The notes: a model not told the origin generated them from the sequence alone. 64,000 nucleotides of DNA from Promethearchaeota archaeon (GCA_016840085.1 JAEOTA010000088.1:64001-128000); one strand, 5' to 3'. Positions 1 through 11,003 are shown, numbered from the stretch's first letter. Program-made: numbers and translations.

Positions 1-1
1 A

Positions 2-787
2 GGAGGTAATTTGCAAGCCATAGATGAGATCCTGAGTGGAAATATTCAAAATGGATTCGCATTAGTAAGACCTCCTGGGCACCATTCTAATTCTTTTAGA
101 TGTGCTGGCTTCTGTATATTCAATAATATAGCAATCGGTGCAGAATACCTCTTTAGAGAAAAGAATGTAAAAAAAGTAGCAATAATAGATTGGGATTGTC
201 ACCATGGTAATGGAACACAAGATATTTTTTATCATGGTTCGAAATCTAAAGAAGGGCAATTAATTATATTTAATTCTCATCAGGATGGTAGAACACTTTA
301 CCCGGGAAGCGGTTTTATTGGTGAAACAGGTTCAGGAAAGGGAGAAGGTAAAATAATTAATTACCCCATGCCCCCTAACGCAGCTGATGATGCAATTATT
401 ATTTATTTTGACGAAATTATTTCACCGATCTTATCAGAATTTAAACCCGAATTTATTCTCATTTCTGCAGGATTTGATACTCATTGGACAGATGAACTCA
501 CCAATATGGGTTGGACTATTCAGGGCCCAGCAAATTATTTAAAAAGGATTAAAAAAGTCGCTGAGGAATACGCGAATGATCGGATATTAATTACACTTGA
601 GGGAGGGTACCAAATTGATAAACAAGCAAGAGCAGTTTATAACTGTTTAAGAGTTCTTAATAATGAAGAAGAAAACTTAATTCTTGAGAAGTCAAGATCA
701 TCAGAACAAGCACTATTAGATTATTTAAATAAGAAGCTAATTCCTGCATTAAAGGATAAATTAAGTTCTTATTGGAATTGCTTTTAA
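2..787 (+). CDS. Histone deacetylase / AcuC-family Zn-dependent deacetylase (5'-truncated by window edge)
   Basis: RPPGHH, GFCIFNN, IIDWDCHHGNGTQ, YPGSG, SAGFD and LEGGY motifs; frame is open to the window start (GGA GGT AAT before the TTG at 11). Confidence 0.93.
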   Translation, partial: GGNLQAIDEILSGNIQNGFALVRPPGHHSNSFRCAGFCIFNNIAIGAEYLFREKNVKKVAIIDWDCHHGNGTQDIFYHGSKSKEGQLIIFNSHQDGRTLYPGSGFIGETGSGKGEGKIINYPMPPNAADDAIIIYFDEIISPILSEFKPEFILISAGFDTHWTDELTNMGWTIQGPANYLKRIKKVAEEYANDRILITLEGGYQIDKQARAVYNCLRVLNNEEENLILEKSRSSEQALLDYLNKKLIPALKDKLSSYWNCF

Positions 788-903
788 TATCACCTATTCA
801 AAACTATATTATATTATAATTATGGTATAATTTTATAAACTTACATCCCATATTTATGTTAGAAAAGTATGTTATAAATTAATTTAAAAATGAGGAGATA
901 ATT

Positions 904-1827
904 TTGTCGAACGAATATGAGAGAAATGATGATGAAAAAAAGAAAAAGAAACAAGTGATACCCCCTCAAATGCCACCTCCCTCAGTCACACCGTTAACTC
1001 CTCCTCCTTCAATGCCTCCTCCTTCAGAAACTCCCCCCATGACACCCCCTCCATCTCGACCTCCATTAGAATCTACTGTGAGTCCTCCGTCTATGGAAGC
1101 ACCACCTCCACCCATTACAGAAACTATTACTCCAACTTTAATGGAACCTATACCAACTGCTCCAATAGGACCATCACAAGAAGATTATGACTCAGTATTA
1201 ACCCGACTCCAAGATAAAGATTCTAATATAAATCAATTGCAAAATCAAGTAAGCAATTTAAATGTTCAAATATCTCAATATAATGCTCAACTAAAAGAGA
1301 GAGATAACCAAGTGACTCGATTAAGTAACCAAGTGCAATCTCTTCAAACTTCAGCTGAAGCATATCAACAACAAGTAAATCAACTTACAAGTGAAAATGC
1401 TCAATTACAAGCACATATTCCTGGATTACAACAACAAGTACAAGAATTGCAGCAACATAATTCGATGTTACAACAGCAAATTGGACCTTTGCAAGCTCAA
1501 ATCACTAAATTACAAGAAGAAATCGCATATAAAGAGAAACGAATTGAAGAATTAAAAGAACCAAAAGCAGTTATGCCCTCCAGTTTAGCTCAAGGGATCA
1601 CGTCTCAAACAACTAGCTATGGAACTACACCTTCTTATACACCCTCACCAACAACAACCCCTAGTCAATCCGTACAGACTGGTGCTGGACGAAGAATTTG
1701 TCCTAATTGTGGAGCTTCGGGTTTTGCTATTAAAGAAGTTGAAGATAAAACTAAAATAATTAGTTATATCCCTAAACCTATTTATGCTAAAAAATCTGTA
1801 TGTACTAAATGTGGATTTGAATTTTAA
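904..1827 (+). CDS. Pro-rich / Gln-rich coiled-coil protein with C-terminal Zn ribbon
   Basis: N-terminal TPPPS-type repeats, central heptad coiled coil, C-terminal CPNC...CTKC; TTG start preceded by GAGGAG. Confidence 0.8.
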   Translation: MSNEYERNDDEKKKKKQVIPPQMPPPSVTPLTPPPSMPPPSETPPMTPPPSRPPLESTVSPPSMEAPPPPITETITPTLMEPIPTAPIGPSQEDYDSVLTRLQDKDSNINQLQNQVSNLNVQISQYNAQLKERDNQVTRLSNQVQSLQTSAEAYQQQVNQLTSENAQLQAHIPGLQQQVQELQQHNSMLQQQIGPLQAQITKLQEEIAYKEKRIEELKEPKAVMPSSLAQGITSQTTSYGTTPSYTPSPTTTPSQSVQTGAGRRICPNCGASGFAIKEVEDKTKIISYIPKPIYAKKSVCTKCGFEF

Positions 1828-2083
1828 TAAATCAAATATGTTATTTTTTATCACTTTTAAGAAAATTTTAATTCTATTTGAGATTTAATTGTATAAGTTA
1901 ATCTAATTCACAAATCCATCTTCCACATCAATCGATTAACCATTATAATCTCAATTTTAGTTTAAAATGTTAAATTTTAAAAGGTTATAATTTAATATAG
2001 TATGTGGAAAATTATATATATAATAATTTTAATTAATATTCTAAGCTCTTTTTGGTTAATAGATAAGTTGATTATTGTTTAGT

Positions 2084-5000
2084 ATGTCAGAATTAAGAGA
2101 GGAGTTATTAGCTGGGGGAATTAATAAAAAGAGAATAATTGGACTTGTGCTCGTTGCTGCTATATTAATTTCCATATTTACCTTTTCAGTAGTGGCTGTT
2201 AGTCTATTGTTTGGTACCCAACGAACGAAACCTAATAAAGAAAAAGCTGAAACCGATCCTGAAGATGCGATATTAGTAATACCTCCCCTTCCGCTTGACT
2301 TTTTTGAACAATTATTGGAATATTTCCAGAATGATCCAGAAGCATTACAACAAATCATTGATTCTTTAAGTGATATGTTTGATGGGGACATTGATAATTT
2401 TGATTTAAGTGATTATTCAGAAGCTCTTCTTCTACTTGGAGCATTAGCGGGGGGTGCAGCAGCTGAACAAGAAGTGTTCAGATTTTATAATACTACTGAT
2501 CCTTTTTATACCGATATTAATAGTAATAAATTAACAGGCGTTTTATGGAGAATGGAATGTTTTGATCAATTCACTGGTGATGAATGGCAGTCAACAGCGA
2601 GTAAAGGATTTTATGATTTTTACCCTTATAGTGATTATTATTCTAAATATTCCTATTTAGATTTATTTAGGATGAAGATACCGTTATCCCCAACTCCAGG
2701 AACGGCAAATTCAATGGTAATTCCTGCACTATTTCCAATTCCATTCATAATGGAAAATAGTCTATTTGCCCCCAATTTAATCCCTGAATCGACAATCTTG
2801 TATAGAGATGATTTTAATTGTACGACTGTCGACCTTGACTTTACAAGTGATGAATCCGTTAATATGACATATGAAACATTTGGATTAGATTTACCCTCTA
2901 ATAATGATATTAATAATAGTGCGATTCATTCATCTTATACTCCAAATGTCATAAAAGATTTATTTTTACAATTACCACCTTCCATCAATGAATATCTTAA
3001 CTCACATCCTCTATTTAAATCTCATTATGATATTTTAGACACAAAAATAGAGGATAATGATAATGCTTTTGAGGTAGCCAACAAAATAAGAAATTATCTT
3101 CAAACCAACTTTGAGGTTGGGTATGATGCTTTAATGAACGATCCTCAAGAAGATGGAGAAGATATCGTAGATTGGTTCTTGGAACATGAAGAGGGATTAT
3201 GGGCTGAATGGGCTTCCACTTATTGTGCTTTTACAAGAGCCTTTAATGTGCCAAGTCGCTTTGTGGATGGATTTAGAACTGATTTTTTAGGAGAAGTTGA
3301 TGAAATTTATGATGCCGATGAAGGCAGAAATTCTGTCTTGATAAAATATAAACACTTATACAATTGGGCCGAAGTTTTTATTCCTACAGATGTATCAGGG
3401 AATGGTCAATGGGTCCAAATGGATACTATTTTTGATAATTTTGGAGGAGGTCCTATTGAACCTCCAATAAGTCTTTTCAATATAGATATAATCTCAAATT
3501 TTACAGCCGGTTATCGACCTCAAGTAGCTGAATTAACTGCTACTTTGAGTTCTCCAACAGGAGGATCTGTTGAGAATAAAACAATTAATTTTTATGATCA
3601 TACTTCAGAAGTAGCTATTGGTAGCGCTTTAACAAATCAATATGGCAATGCGTCAATTCTAGTTGATATTGATGATTCTCAAGTTGTTGGTCCTCATTTT
3701 ATTAGTGCTTCATATCAACTATCAACTAATTTTACTTATTTTGTAGTTTACGGTGATATTGATGTGTCTCTTACAAGTGTAAATCCAACAATGATTAATC
3801 GCTCAATTAGTAATACTACCCGTATTCAGGGATTTGTTAATGATCCTATAGCTAATCAGAGAGTGATAAATGCTACCGTTGAATTCGTTTTATTAGAAAA
3901 AATCTCACAGAATATAATGCCCTGGCCTTTTGATATTACTTATACCAATACAGATGATAATGGTGATTTCGATGAATATGTGAATGTAAACTCTTGGATT
4001 CCTAAGGGATTTTACGAAATTCGGGTTGATTTTAATGGCTCTTGGGGTGGTTGGCCCGTAGCTTTCGGTATTATGAATGATTCAAGCAATAGAATAGATT
4101 TTAATATAACCGAAGAACCTACTTTTAATGTATGGTTTTATATTAACAACTTTGAAGCAGATTATTATGAGAATCCTCGTGTTTCGAGGTATTCAACACT
4201 TAAATTAAAAGCTCGAATACTTAATGAAACAGGAGATCCGGTCCCCGGCGAATTAGTTCAATTTTATGACCATTCTCTTGATAAACCTATAGGTAGTAAT
4301 ACTACAGATCTAAATGGAATTACAACTTATGATTATGATGTTGATAGTAATACTGCTGGCCCTAATTTATTATATGCGAAATTAGGAAAAGTAAGGAATT
4401 ATTCCTATTTCATTCTTGATGCCCCGATTAACATAAATCTTGATATGTGGCCTCTAAATCGGGAGATTAATAAATCTGGTACAATTGATAGAACCTTTTT
4501 TATTCATGGATTTCTAAATGATGCTGTAAATTCTCAGCCAATCAAAAATGGTGAAATATCAATTCATATGTTCGATACTTCTACTTCTACTGAAATATTT
4601 AATGGGCTAATTTTAGAAAGTGGATCTTATCAATCTGATGTGAATGGAGAGATATATGCTGTATTTAGCATTGCTACTTTTGTTAATATTGGAAATTATA
4701 CTTTAGAAGTATGGTTCAATGGAACATTTTATACCCCGCCTCCGAAACCATATGCGTTCTATTTATCTTATGTTAGTAACTTTTCAGTTGCTGTTAATTC
4801 TGATTATGAGTTAAAAGTATTTGATCCTGATCTTGTTATTATTATTTTTAAGATTGAGGGAAATCATAGATCACTATTTTATGATTATTTTAATCCTCCA
4901 GCAACATACAAACGAGGAGAAAATGCAACCTTTGATGTAAGGATAAATCAGAGTGGAAGTTATGCTCCAGCGGGCTCAATCGTGCGTCTTAGGGATGTAT

Positions 5001-5896
5001 ATACAGGTAATATTTTAGGTTTTTCTCATACTTTTGTAGTTGGAGATTTTGGATATCATCAATTTGTTATTAATACTACCACTCCAGCACTTTATGCAGG
5101 TTTGCACTATATTGAGGTAGAATATGAATATAATTCCATTGTTTATCCTTATAATTCAACATATATTATTATTAATGAAACAGTTAGTATCAGTGGTAGT
5201 TCAACTGATTATTATGTTTTTAGAAATAATAATATTTTTACCATTTCAGGAACCTTATCTGATCTTACAGAAAATCTTAGAGGATTACAGGTAGAAATAA
5301 TACTCCTCGATAGCATAGGAACAGACGTTTCCGTTCACCTTGATTTATTTGATCCCAAAATTCAATTTATTAATGATGCTGGAGATTACTCATATACCAG
5401 CATGATTTTCCAAATTTGTCCTCAAGGATCATATGATATTTTAATTAATTTCACAGGAAGAATAGAACATTCAGATGGAATTCTATTGGTTTCTTTGTCA
5501 AATCCTTACATGGTTAGTTCCAATAGTGCACTTATACACCTTGATATTATAGCTGATACTAATATTAATGGGAATTATGAGACATTAAATTATCCAGAAG
5601 GTTGGTGGTATGGGGACACTTGTTCTGTATATGGGTATTTAACCTGGGATAATGGAAGTGCCATTGCAGGAATGGAAATAAATGTCACAATAAGAGATGG
5701 TAATGGCAATATTTTAGCAACTCTAACAAATACTACAGATGGCAGTGGATATTTTATTATTAATTTTATTGTAGGGAGTTGGCTCGAAGATACTGAAGTA
5801 TGGGTTTACTTCTTCCCTGAAGATCCAGCTAATTTTGGACCTATTGATGGACTTTATGTAGATCCTGTTCAGGAGCAATTAACTAGAATTGTATAG
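2084..5896 (+). CDS. Large membrane-anchored transglutaminase-like (TgpA-type) surface protein with Ig-like beta-sandwich repeats; catalytic triad degenerate
   Basis: N-terminal TM helix; LWRMECFDQFTGDEW and RAFNVPSRFVDGF...WAEV...WVQMD transglutaminase core; repeated TDxxG Ig-like motifs; about 30 N-x-S/T sequons. ATG at 2084 (ORF track uses TTG at 2075). Confidence 0.8.
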   Translation: MSELREELLAGGINKKRIIGLVLVAAILISIFTFSVVAVSLLFGTQRTKPNKEKAETDPEDAILVIPPLPLDFFEQLLEYFQNDPEALQQIIDSLSDMFDGDIDNFDLSDYSEALLLLGALAGGAAAEQEVFRFYNTTDPFYTDINSNKLTGVLWRMECFDQFTGDEWQSTASKGFYDFYPYSDYYSKYSYLDLFRMKIPLSPTPGTANSMVIPALFPIPFIMENSLFAPNLIPESTILYRDDFNCTTVDLDFTSDESVNMTYETFGLDLPSNNDINNSAIHSSYTPNVIKDLFLQLPPSINEYLNSHPLFKSHYDILDTKIEDNDNAFEVANKIRNYLQTNFEVGYDALMNDPQEDGEDIVDWFLEHEEGLWAEWASTYCAFTRAFNVPSRFVDGFRTDFLGEVDEIYDADEGRNSVLIKYKHLYNWAEVFIPTDVSGNGQWVQMDTIFDNFGGGPIEPPISLFNIDIISNFTAGYRPQVAELTATLSSPTGGSVENKTINFYDHTSEVAIGSALTNQYGNASILVDIDDSQVVGPHFISASYQLSTNFTYFVVYGDIDVSLTSVNPTMINRSISNTTRIQGFVNDPIANQRVINATVEFVLLEKISQNIMPWPFDITYTNTDDNGDFDEYVNVNSWIPKGFYEIRVDFNGSWGGWPVAFGIMNDSSNRIDFNITEEPTFNVWFYINNFEADYYENPRVSRYSTLKLKARILNETGDPVPGELVQFYDHSLDKPIGSNTTDLNGITTYDYDVDSNTAGPNLLYAKLGKVRNYSYFILDAPININLDMWPLNREINKSGTIDRTFFIHGFLNDAVNSQPIKNGEISIHMFDTSTSTEIFNGLILESGSYQSDVNGEIYAVFSIATFVNIGNYTLEVWFNGTFYTPPPKPYAFYLSYVSNFSVAVNSDYELKVFDPDLVIIIFKIEGNHRSLFYDYFNPPATYKRGENATFDVRINQSGSYAPAGSIVRLRDVYTGNILGFSHTFVVGDFGYHQFVINTTTPALYAGLHYIEVEYEYNSIVYPYNSTYIIINETVSISGSSTDYYVFRNNNIFTISGTLSDLTENLRGLQVEIILLDSIGTDVSVHLDLFDPKIQFINDAGDYSYTSMIFQICPQGSYDILINFTGRIEHSDGILLVSLSNPYMVSSNSALIHLDIIADTNINGNYETLNYPEGWWYGDTCSVYGYLTWDNGSAIAGMEINVTIRDGNGNILATLTNTTDGSGYFIINFIVGSWLEDTEVWVYFFPEDPANFGPIDGLYVDPVQEQLTRIV

Positions 5897-5931
5897 TATT
5901 AAATATATAGATAAGGTGATAAAAAAGAAGG

Positions 5932-7551
5932 ATGAAATTTCATAAAATAAAAGAAATTCATAAGTGTAATCATCTAAGAATGAAAACATACCTTATCTTT
6001 CTAATTTTAATTTTTTTAATAGGCTATATTAACATTAATTTTATTTTTAAAAACTATAACTTTCAAAATAAAGCAGTTCTAAATAATCATGAAAATCCAA
6101 AACCTTCATGGATTTGGGCGCAATTAGATCTTACAAATCCAGCCGAAATTAATAATTCTCAATTCCCTCATTATATAAGTATAAATGTAGAAGGAAGGGT
6201 ATACAATCCATATGCTCCAATTGCTAATGATGGGCTACGAGTAGAGATAGTTGTTGATGGAGAGACTGATTCACGTTATTCAGATTTAACAGATTCTGAT
6301 GGTAATTTTAGTATTAATTATATAGTTGATCCTTCTCTGGATGTATATATAAGTCATATAATTGAAGCAGTTGTGTCTGATCCTGAACCTGGAGGACCTG
6401 GCAGTGAAATTCAATATCATCACTTTTATATTATAGATGTAAATGCAACTTCATACCTTGACACTTCATATTCAGATCATCTATACATGTCAGGTGAAAT
6501 GTTTCCTATAGGTGGGTATTTGAGGTATGATAACGAAAATGGTACTGGGATTTTAAACAAACAAATAAATTATAATTGGTATAATAGTTCATATAATTGG
6601 TCGACCAGTTCTTTTTTTACAGATTCTAATGATGGATCTCTTACGACAGATTTACGAATCCCTACTAATGTTTCACAGATAATTAGTTTAAATTTAACCT
6701 TTCCTGGAGATCCCTATTATATTGGAAACTCGGAAATTACAATCCCTAAAATAACATTATTTTCAGGTGTAATATGGCAAAATATAGAGATACCAACTAA
6801 AGCTTCTGAGGGAGATAATATCACAATTTCAGGACAGATTATTTCGAGAGATAATACATCTCTTAAATTATACAATAGAACTGTTATTATCTCATATGAA
6901 GGAAATCAAGTTGATGATATTGAGACTGACTCGGATGGATATTTTACTACTACATACACAATTCGATCTGGAGCAGGTAATAGGACTATTCGAATTAGTT
7001 TAGTCAATACTGCAGGATTAGATATTTCTGTTGAACAAGATATAAATATTACAGCAGCTACTTATGTTCCTAGACCTTCAAACGAATTACCCCCTTTTTT
7101 CCTTTTTTCTGTAATATTCTTTCCAATTTTAGCAGTTATAGTAGGCGTTTTAACTGTGTATGGAATTCGATATTATAAAAGACAGGAAAAAGAATCTAAA
7201 GTTGTTGATTTGCCTCTCGAATCAAAGCTAATTAACCTTAAAATTCTTAAAGATACAGGAAGATTAGAAGAATCTTTATCATATTTATTTAATGCAATTT
7301 TTATGGATTTAATAAATGCAAAATATGGGAGAACTAGAAAAGAAACTGAGACAATTAGAGATTTTGCAATAATTTCTGTAAAAGAATTAAAATTAACTCC
7401 CGCTGCAATATACCCATTTATTCAAAAAGTTGAAGAAGTAATTTATGCAAAACCTTATAAAATTACTGATAACGATTTTTATGAAACATGTGGGCTGTTT
7501 TCACCAATATACTTCCAATTAACAGGATATAATTTTGTATTAAATTTTTAA
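5932..7551 (+). CDS. Membrane protein with extracellular Ig-like repeats and C-terminal DUF4129-like helical domain
   Basis: N-terminal hydrophobic segment, TDSDGNF/TDSDGYF repeats, TM FFLFSVIFFPILAVIVGVL, cytoplasmic ETIRDF...EEVIY domain. Confidence 0.7.
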   Translation: MKFHKIKEIHKCNHLRMKTYLIFLILIFLIGYININFIFKNYNFQNKAVLNNHENPKPSWIWAQLDLTNPAEINNSQFPHYISINVEGRVYNPYAPIANDGLRVEIVVDGETDSRYSDLTDSDGNFSINYIVDPSLDVYISHIIEAVVSDPEPGGPGSEIQYHHFYIIDVNATSYLDTSYSDHLYMSGEMFPIGGYLRYDNENGTGILNKQINYNWYNSSYNWSTSSFFTDSNDGSLTTDLRIPTNVSQIISLNLTFPGDPYYIGNSEITIPKITLFSGVIWQNIEIPTKASEGDNITISGQIISRDNTSLKLYNRTVIISYEGNQVDDIETDSDGYFTTTYTIRSGAGNRTIRISLVNTAGLDISVEQDINITAATYVPRPSNELPPFFLFSVIFFPILAVIVGVLTVYGIRYYKRQEKESKVVDLPLESKLINLKILKDTGRLEESLSYLFNAIFMDLINAKYGRTRKETETIRDFAIISVKELKLTPAAIYPFIQKVEEVIYAKPYKITDNDFYETCGLFSPIYFQLTGYNFVLNF

Positions 7552-7662
7552 ATTCAAATTAACCTAAAGGTAATATAAATCAAAAGAAGTACAAAAAATT
7601 ATAAATTCAAAAAAAATTATTAAATAAATTGTTTAAAAAAATTACAGAAATAGGTAAAAAAA

Positions 7663-8040
7663 ATGGCGAAAAAGAAGAAAAAGAAACCGGAACCAGAGAT
7701 TGATATCAAACAGAGACTAGATAATGTCAAAGTATTAGTAGAATCTAATAGAGCTAAGGAAGCTATCGCTTACATATACCTCGTTTATGATGATCTTATC
7801 AATATTAAATTTAAAAAACCTAGATCGGCTCATCAAACTATTAGAGAATATGCGATTACATGCGTAAATGAATTAGAAAAAAAATTAAAACCAGAATCTG
7901 TGTACCCTTTTATTAAAAAAATAGAAGATATCATTTATGGCGGAGTTGAACCAACTAATAAAGAATTAAACTTTACTATTGATTTATTCTCAAATTTATA
8001 CAATGAAATTACGGGTAAAACAGTCTCGTTTAAAATATGA
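7663..8040 (+). CDS. Stand-alone DUF4129-like helical protein, paralogous to the C-terminus of the upstream gene
   Basis: QTIREYAI...VYPFIKKIEDIIY aligns with ETIRDFAI...IYPFIQKVEEVIY of 5932..7551. Confidence 0.7.
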   Translation: MAKKKKKKPEPEIDIKQRLDNVKVLVESNRAKEAIAYIYLVYDDLINIKFKKPRSAHQTIREYAITCVNELEKKLKPESVYPFIKKIEDIIYGGVEPTNKELNFTIDLFSNLYNEITGKTVSFKI

Positions 8041-8102
8041 AATTTTTTGCTTAAAAAATTTAATAAATTAAGTTTAAAATAATAAATTTAAGTTAGAAAA
8101 AA

Positions 8103-9866
8103 ATGGTTAAAGCGGCAAAAGCGACAGAAAAAAGTTTAAATATTTCCAAAGGGATAATATTTACTTTTTTTACTTTTTATCTCATTTTTTTTGGGATATT
8201 TATAAGTAATTTTTTTACATCTAGCACAGGCGATATACCTCCTTTTGTAAGCTATTTACCTCTTTTATGTTATATTGGTGCTTTTTTCTGTGGAATTGGT
8301 TTAATTATATTTATTAGGAATGTAACTACCCACAAAGTGCGTCAAACACAATCTCGTAAAAAAATAAAAGCAGGATCAATTTATAAACAAGCACTCTTCT
8401 TAATTATTTTTATCTTTGCTTTTGTCCCTTTACTTTCTCCTATTATTGATAGAGGAGTTAACACTCAACACTTTTCAGTTTATAATAATAAATGGAATGG
8501 TTGTTCAGAGTTTAAACGAACAATCAGGGAACAAGCGGGATATCAAAATATAATGTCTGTTCAATCAAGTTTAAGTGCTACTGAAAGACTAAATCAATCA
8601 ATATTGTTAATTTTATTAGGTCCAAATCAGTTTTACGACCCCATTTTTGAAATTCCATATTTTATAGATTTTTTTGAGGGTAGAAATTCATTATTATTAT
8701 GTCATGATCACGGGTCTACAAGTACTTTATTATGGGAGATTCTTATAGCTAATATTCTTAATATGGGAAGTCAAAATGCAACAGGAATCTTTCCTGTAAC
8801 ACTATTTCCAGATGGAATTCTACGTGATAATTTTTCTTATGACACAACCCCCGAATTCCCCGTCATTACTAATTTTGATTATTCTCATCCAACAACTTTT
8901 GGAATTGATGAAGTAATTCTTTCGAGAGCATCCAGCGCTGCAGGAGGCCCCCTTGTAGAATTTTTTGGATGGGATGTCGTAGGTTCTGCAAGTGAATTAT
9001 ACAGCTGGGTTGATAAAAATGATAATGGTAGAGTAGATCCTGACATTGATGTCCTTGATTTAGGATTTATTGGTGAGATGCTCACAGGTTTTCCTAAAGA
9101 AATATTAAAACTACCGCTTTATAGTCCGTTTACTCCACGTGTATTCATGGCTAAAGAATTAGGAAACTCTAGAGTATTTGTGTCAGCAGATGCTAGTCTA
9201 TTTAATAATGAACTAATTGATGATGATCTTGGATATGATAATAAACAATTTGGGATCAATATAGTAGAATGGCTTACATTCGCAGATTATGGAGTAAATA
9301 AAGATGATTGGGTGGTAGTTTTTGACGAAGCTCATATTCGCCCTGAAAATTCGAGAGATCTAACTTCTGCTGGAATTTATGGATTTATAATGCAGTACAT
9401 AGTTCATCTCTCAACAAATCCTATTACTGCATGGATTTACCCACTCCTCGCAGTTTATACTTTAAAAAGATATCTTCCTAAAAAAGATAAGCAGAAAGAA
9501 CAAGAAAAAATTGCAGAAGAAGAAGAAAAGAGGGAAGAAAAGGCACGCTTTAGAACATCTTCATTTTTTGCACAAAAAATTGAAGAATTTAAAGATAAAG
9601 GTAAATACAGTGAAGCATTGAAACTACTCTATAGAAGGCTGGAAAGAAAACTAAATACATTATTAAAAGGCGAAAAAATTACTACAAAAAGAGTAATTGA
9701 TATGGTGATTGCCAAAGATCCATCATCAACGAAATTAAAGATAAGAAGATTATCCAGATTTATGGAAAGAATTTTATCTATTAAAGAAGGTAAATATAAA
9801 GTTAGAACTGAAGAAGATTTCGAAGAATTGTTTTTCGAAATGGGTTGGGCAGTTAATAATATTTAG
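8103..9866 (+). CDS. DUF4350-like membrane protein of MoxR operons
   Basis: 3 N-terminal TMs; FSVYNNKWNGCS, VSADASLFNN and VVFDEAH motifs; TM then charged helical tail; directly upstream of moxR. Confidence 0.7.
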   Translation: MVKAAKATEKSLNISKGIIFTFFTFYLIFFGIFISNFFTSSTGDIPPFVSYLPLLCYIGAFFCGIGLIIFIRNVTTHKVRQTQSRKKIKAGSIYKQALFLIIFIFAFVPLLSPIIDRGVNTQHFSVYNNKWNGCSEFKRTIREQAGYQNIMSVQSSLSATERLNQSILLILLGPNQFYDPIFEIPYFIDFFEGRNSLLLCHDHGSTSTLLWEILIANILNMGSQNATGIFPVTLFPDGILRDNFSYDTTPEFPVITNFDYSHPTTFGIDEVILSRASSAAGGPLVEFFGWDVVGSASELYSWVDKNDNGRVDPDIDVLDLGFIGEMLTGFPKEILKLPLYSPFTPRVFMAKELGNSRVFVSADASLFNNELIDDDLGYDNKQFGINIVEWLTFADYGVNKDDWVVVFDEAHIRPENSRDLTSAGIYGFIMQYIVHLSTNPITAWIYPLLAVYTLKRYLPKKDKQKEQEKIAEEEEKREEKARFRTSSFFAQKIEEFKDKGKYSEALKLLYRRLERKLNTLLKGEKITTKRVIDMVIAKDPSSTKLKIRRLSRFMERILSIKEGKYKVRTEEDFEELFFEMGWAVNNI

Positions 9867-10022
9867 GAGGAGGAAGGAAACGCAAAGTGAAGAAAAAAAT
9901 TCACAGAAAATATACAAAGCATCAAGGAAAATAAAAAATAAAAATAAAAAAGAAAAAAAAATAAAAAAATAAATTAAAATTTTAAAAAAAAGAAAAAAAA
10001 AAAAATATGAGGTTATTAAAAT

Positions 10023-11003
10023 ATGGAAACTCAAGATAAAGCAAAATACTATGAAAGAGAAGAAATTGATGTGACCCCTATTCGTGAAATAGCACAGGAA
10101 GTCCTTAGCGAGGTATCTAGAGTAATAGTTGGTTATGGAGAAATTCTCCAACAACTTTTTATTGCATTATTAGTTAATGGGCACGTTCTCCTTGAAGGTG
10201 TACCAGGACTAGGAAAAACTGTCATGGCTAAAACATTTGCTTCCACCTTAGGAATTGGTTTTAGACGAGTTCAATTTACACCCGATCTACTCCCTGCAGA
10301 TATAACTGGTACTAAAATTTTCGATCAAAATGAGGGTGCTTTTGTTCTCCAAAAAGGACCAATTTTTGCTAATGTAGTACTTGCTGATGAGATTAATAGA
10401 GCCGCTCCTAAGACACAAGCTGCTTTACTCGAAGCTATGGCCGAAAGACAGGTAACTATCGAAGGTCAAACACTTCTACTTGAAAAACCATTTATTGTTC
10501 TAGCTACAGAAAACCCTGTAGAAATGGAGGGTACTTATCCATTACCAGAGGCGCAGGTGGATCGATTTTTGTTTAAACTTTGGTTAGATTATCCAGAAGA
10601 TACAGAAGAAGTAGAGATTATGAGAAGACAATTATCAGGTGAACCACCTTCAGTTGAAGCAATAACCGCAGGAGAAGAAATATTAGCAGCACAAAAAATT
10701 ATGAATCTAGTTTATATTGATGATAGAATTCTAAAATATATCAGAGATATCACAATTAAAACGCGAAACCATCCACAAATCGCTCTCGGATGTGGCCCCC
10801 GAGCTTCACTCACTTTAATGAAATGTGCCAAGGCACGTGCTGCGATTCTCGGTCGAACGTATGTAACTCCTGATGATGTGCGTGCATTAATCATACCTGC
10901 ATTAAACCATAGAGTTCTTTTAAAACCAGAGGCAGAATTGGAAGGTTTAGATACTCAAAGTGTATTAAAATCGATCGTAGAAGAAATTCCAATACCAATC
11001 TAA
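10023..11003 (+). CDS. moxR: MoxR-family AAA+ ATPase
   Basis: GHVLLEGVPGLGKT, RVQFTPDLLPADITG, LADEINRAAPKTQAALLEAM, EGTYPLPEAQVDRF. Confidence 0.96.
   Translation: METQDKAKYYEREEIDVTPIREIAQEVLSEVSRVIVGYGEILQQLFIALLVNGHVLLEGVPGLGKTVMAKTFASTLGIGFRRVQFTPDLLPADITGTKIFDQNEGAFVLQKGPIFANVVLADEINRAAPKTQAALLEAMAERQVTIEGQTLLLEKPFIVLATENPVEMEGTYPLPEAQVDRFLFKLWLDYPEDTEEVEIMRRQLSGEPPSVEAITAGEEILAAQKIMNLVYIDDRILKYIRDITIKTRNHPQIALGCGPRASLTLMKCAKARAAILGRTYVTPDDVRALIIPALNHRVLLKPEAELEGLDTQSVLKSIVEEIPIPI

Noticed and set aside
960-1165. CCT/CCA-rich repeats as a CRISPR or tandem DNA array
   Set aside because: Explained by Pro codons; no constant repeat-spacer periodicity seen here or elsewhere in the window
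9774-10154. 126-aa Phe-rich minus-strand ORF
   Set aside because: Artefact of the antisense of the poly-A spacer; overlaps two real genes
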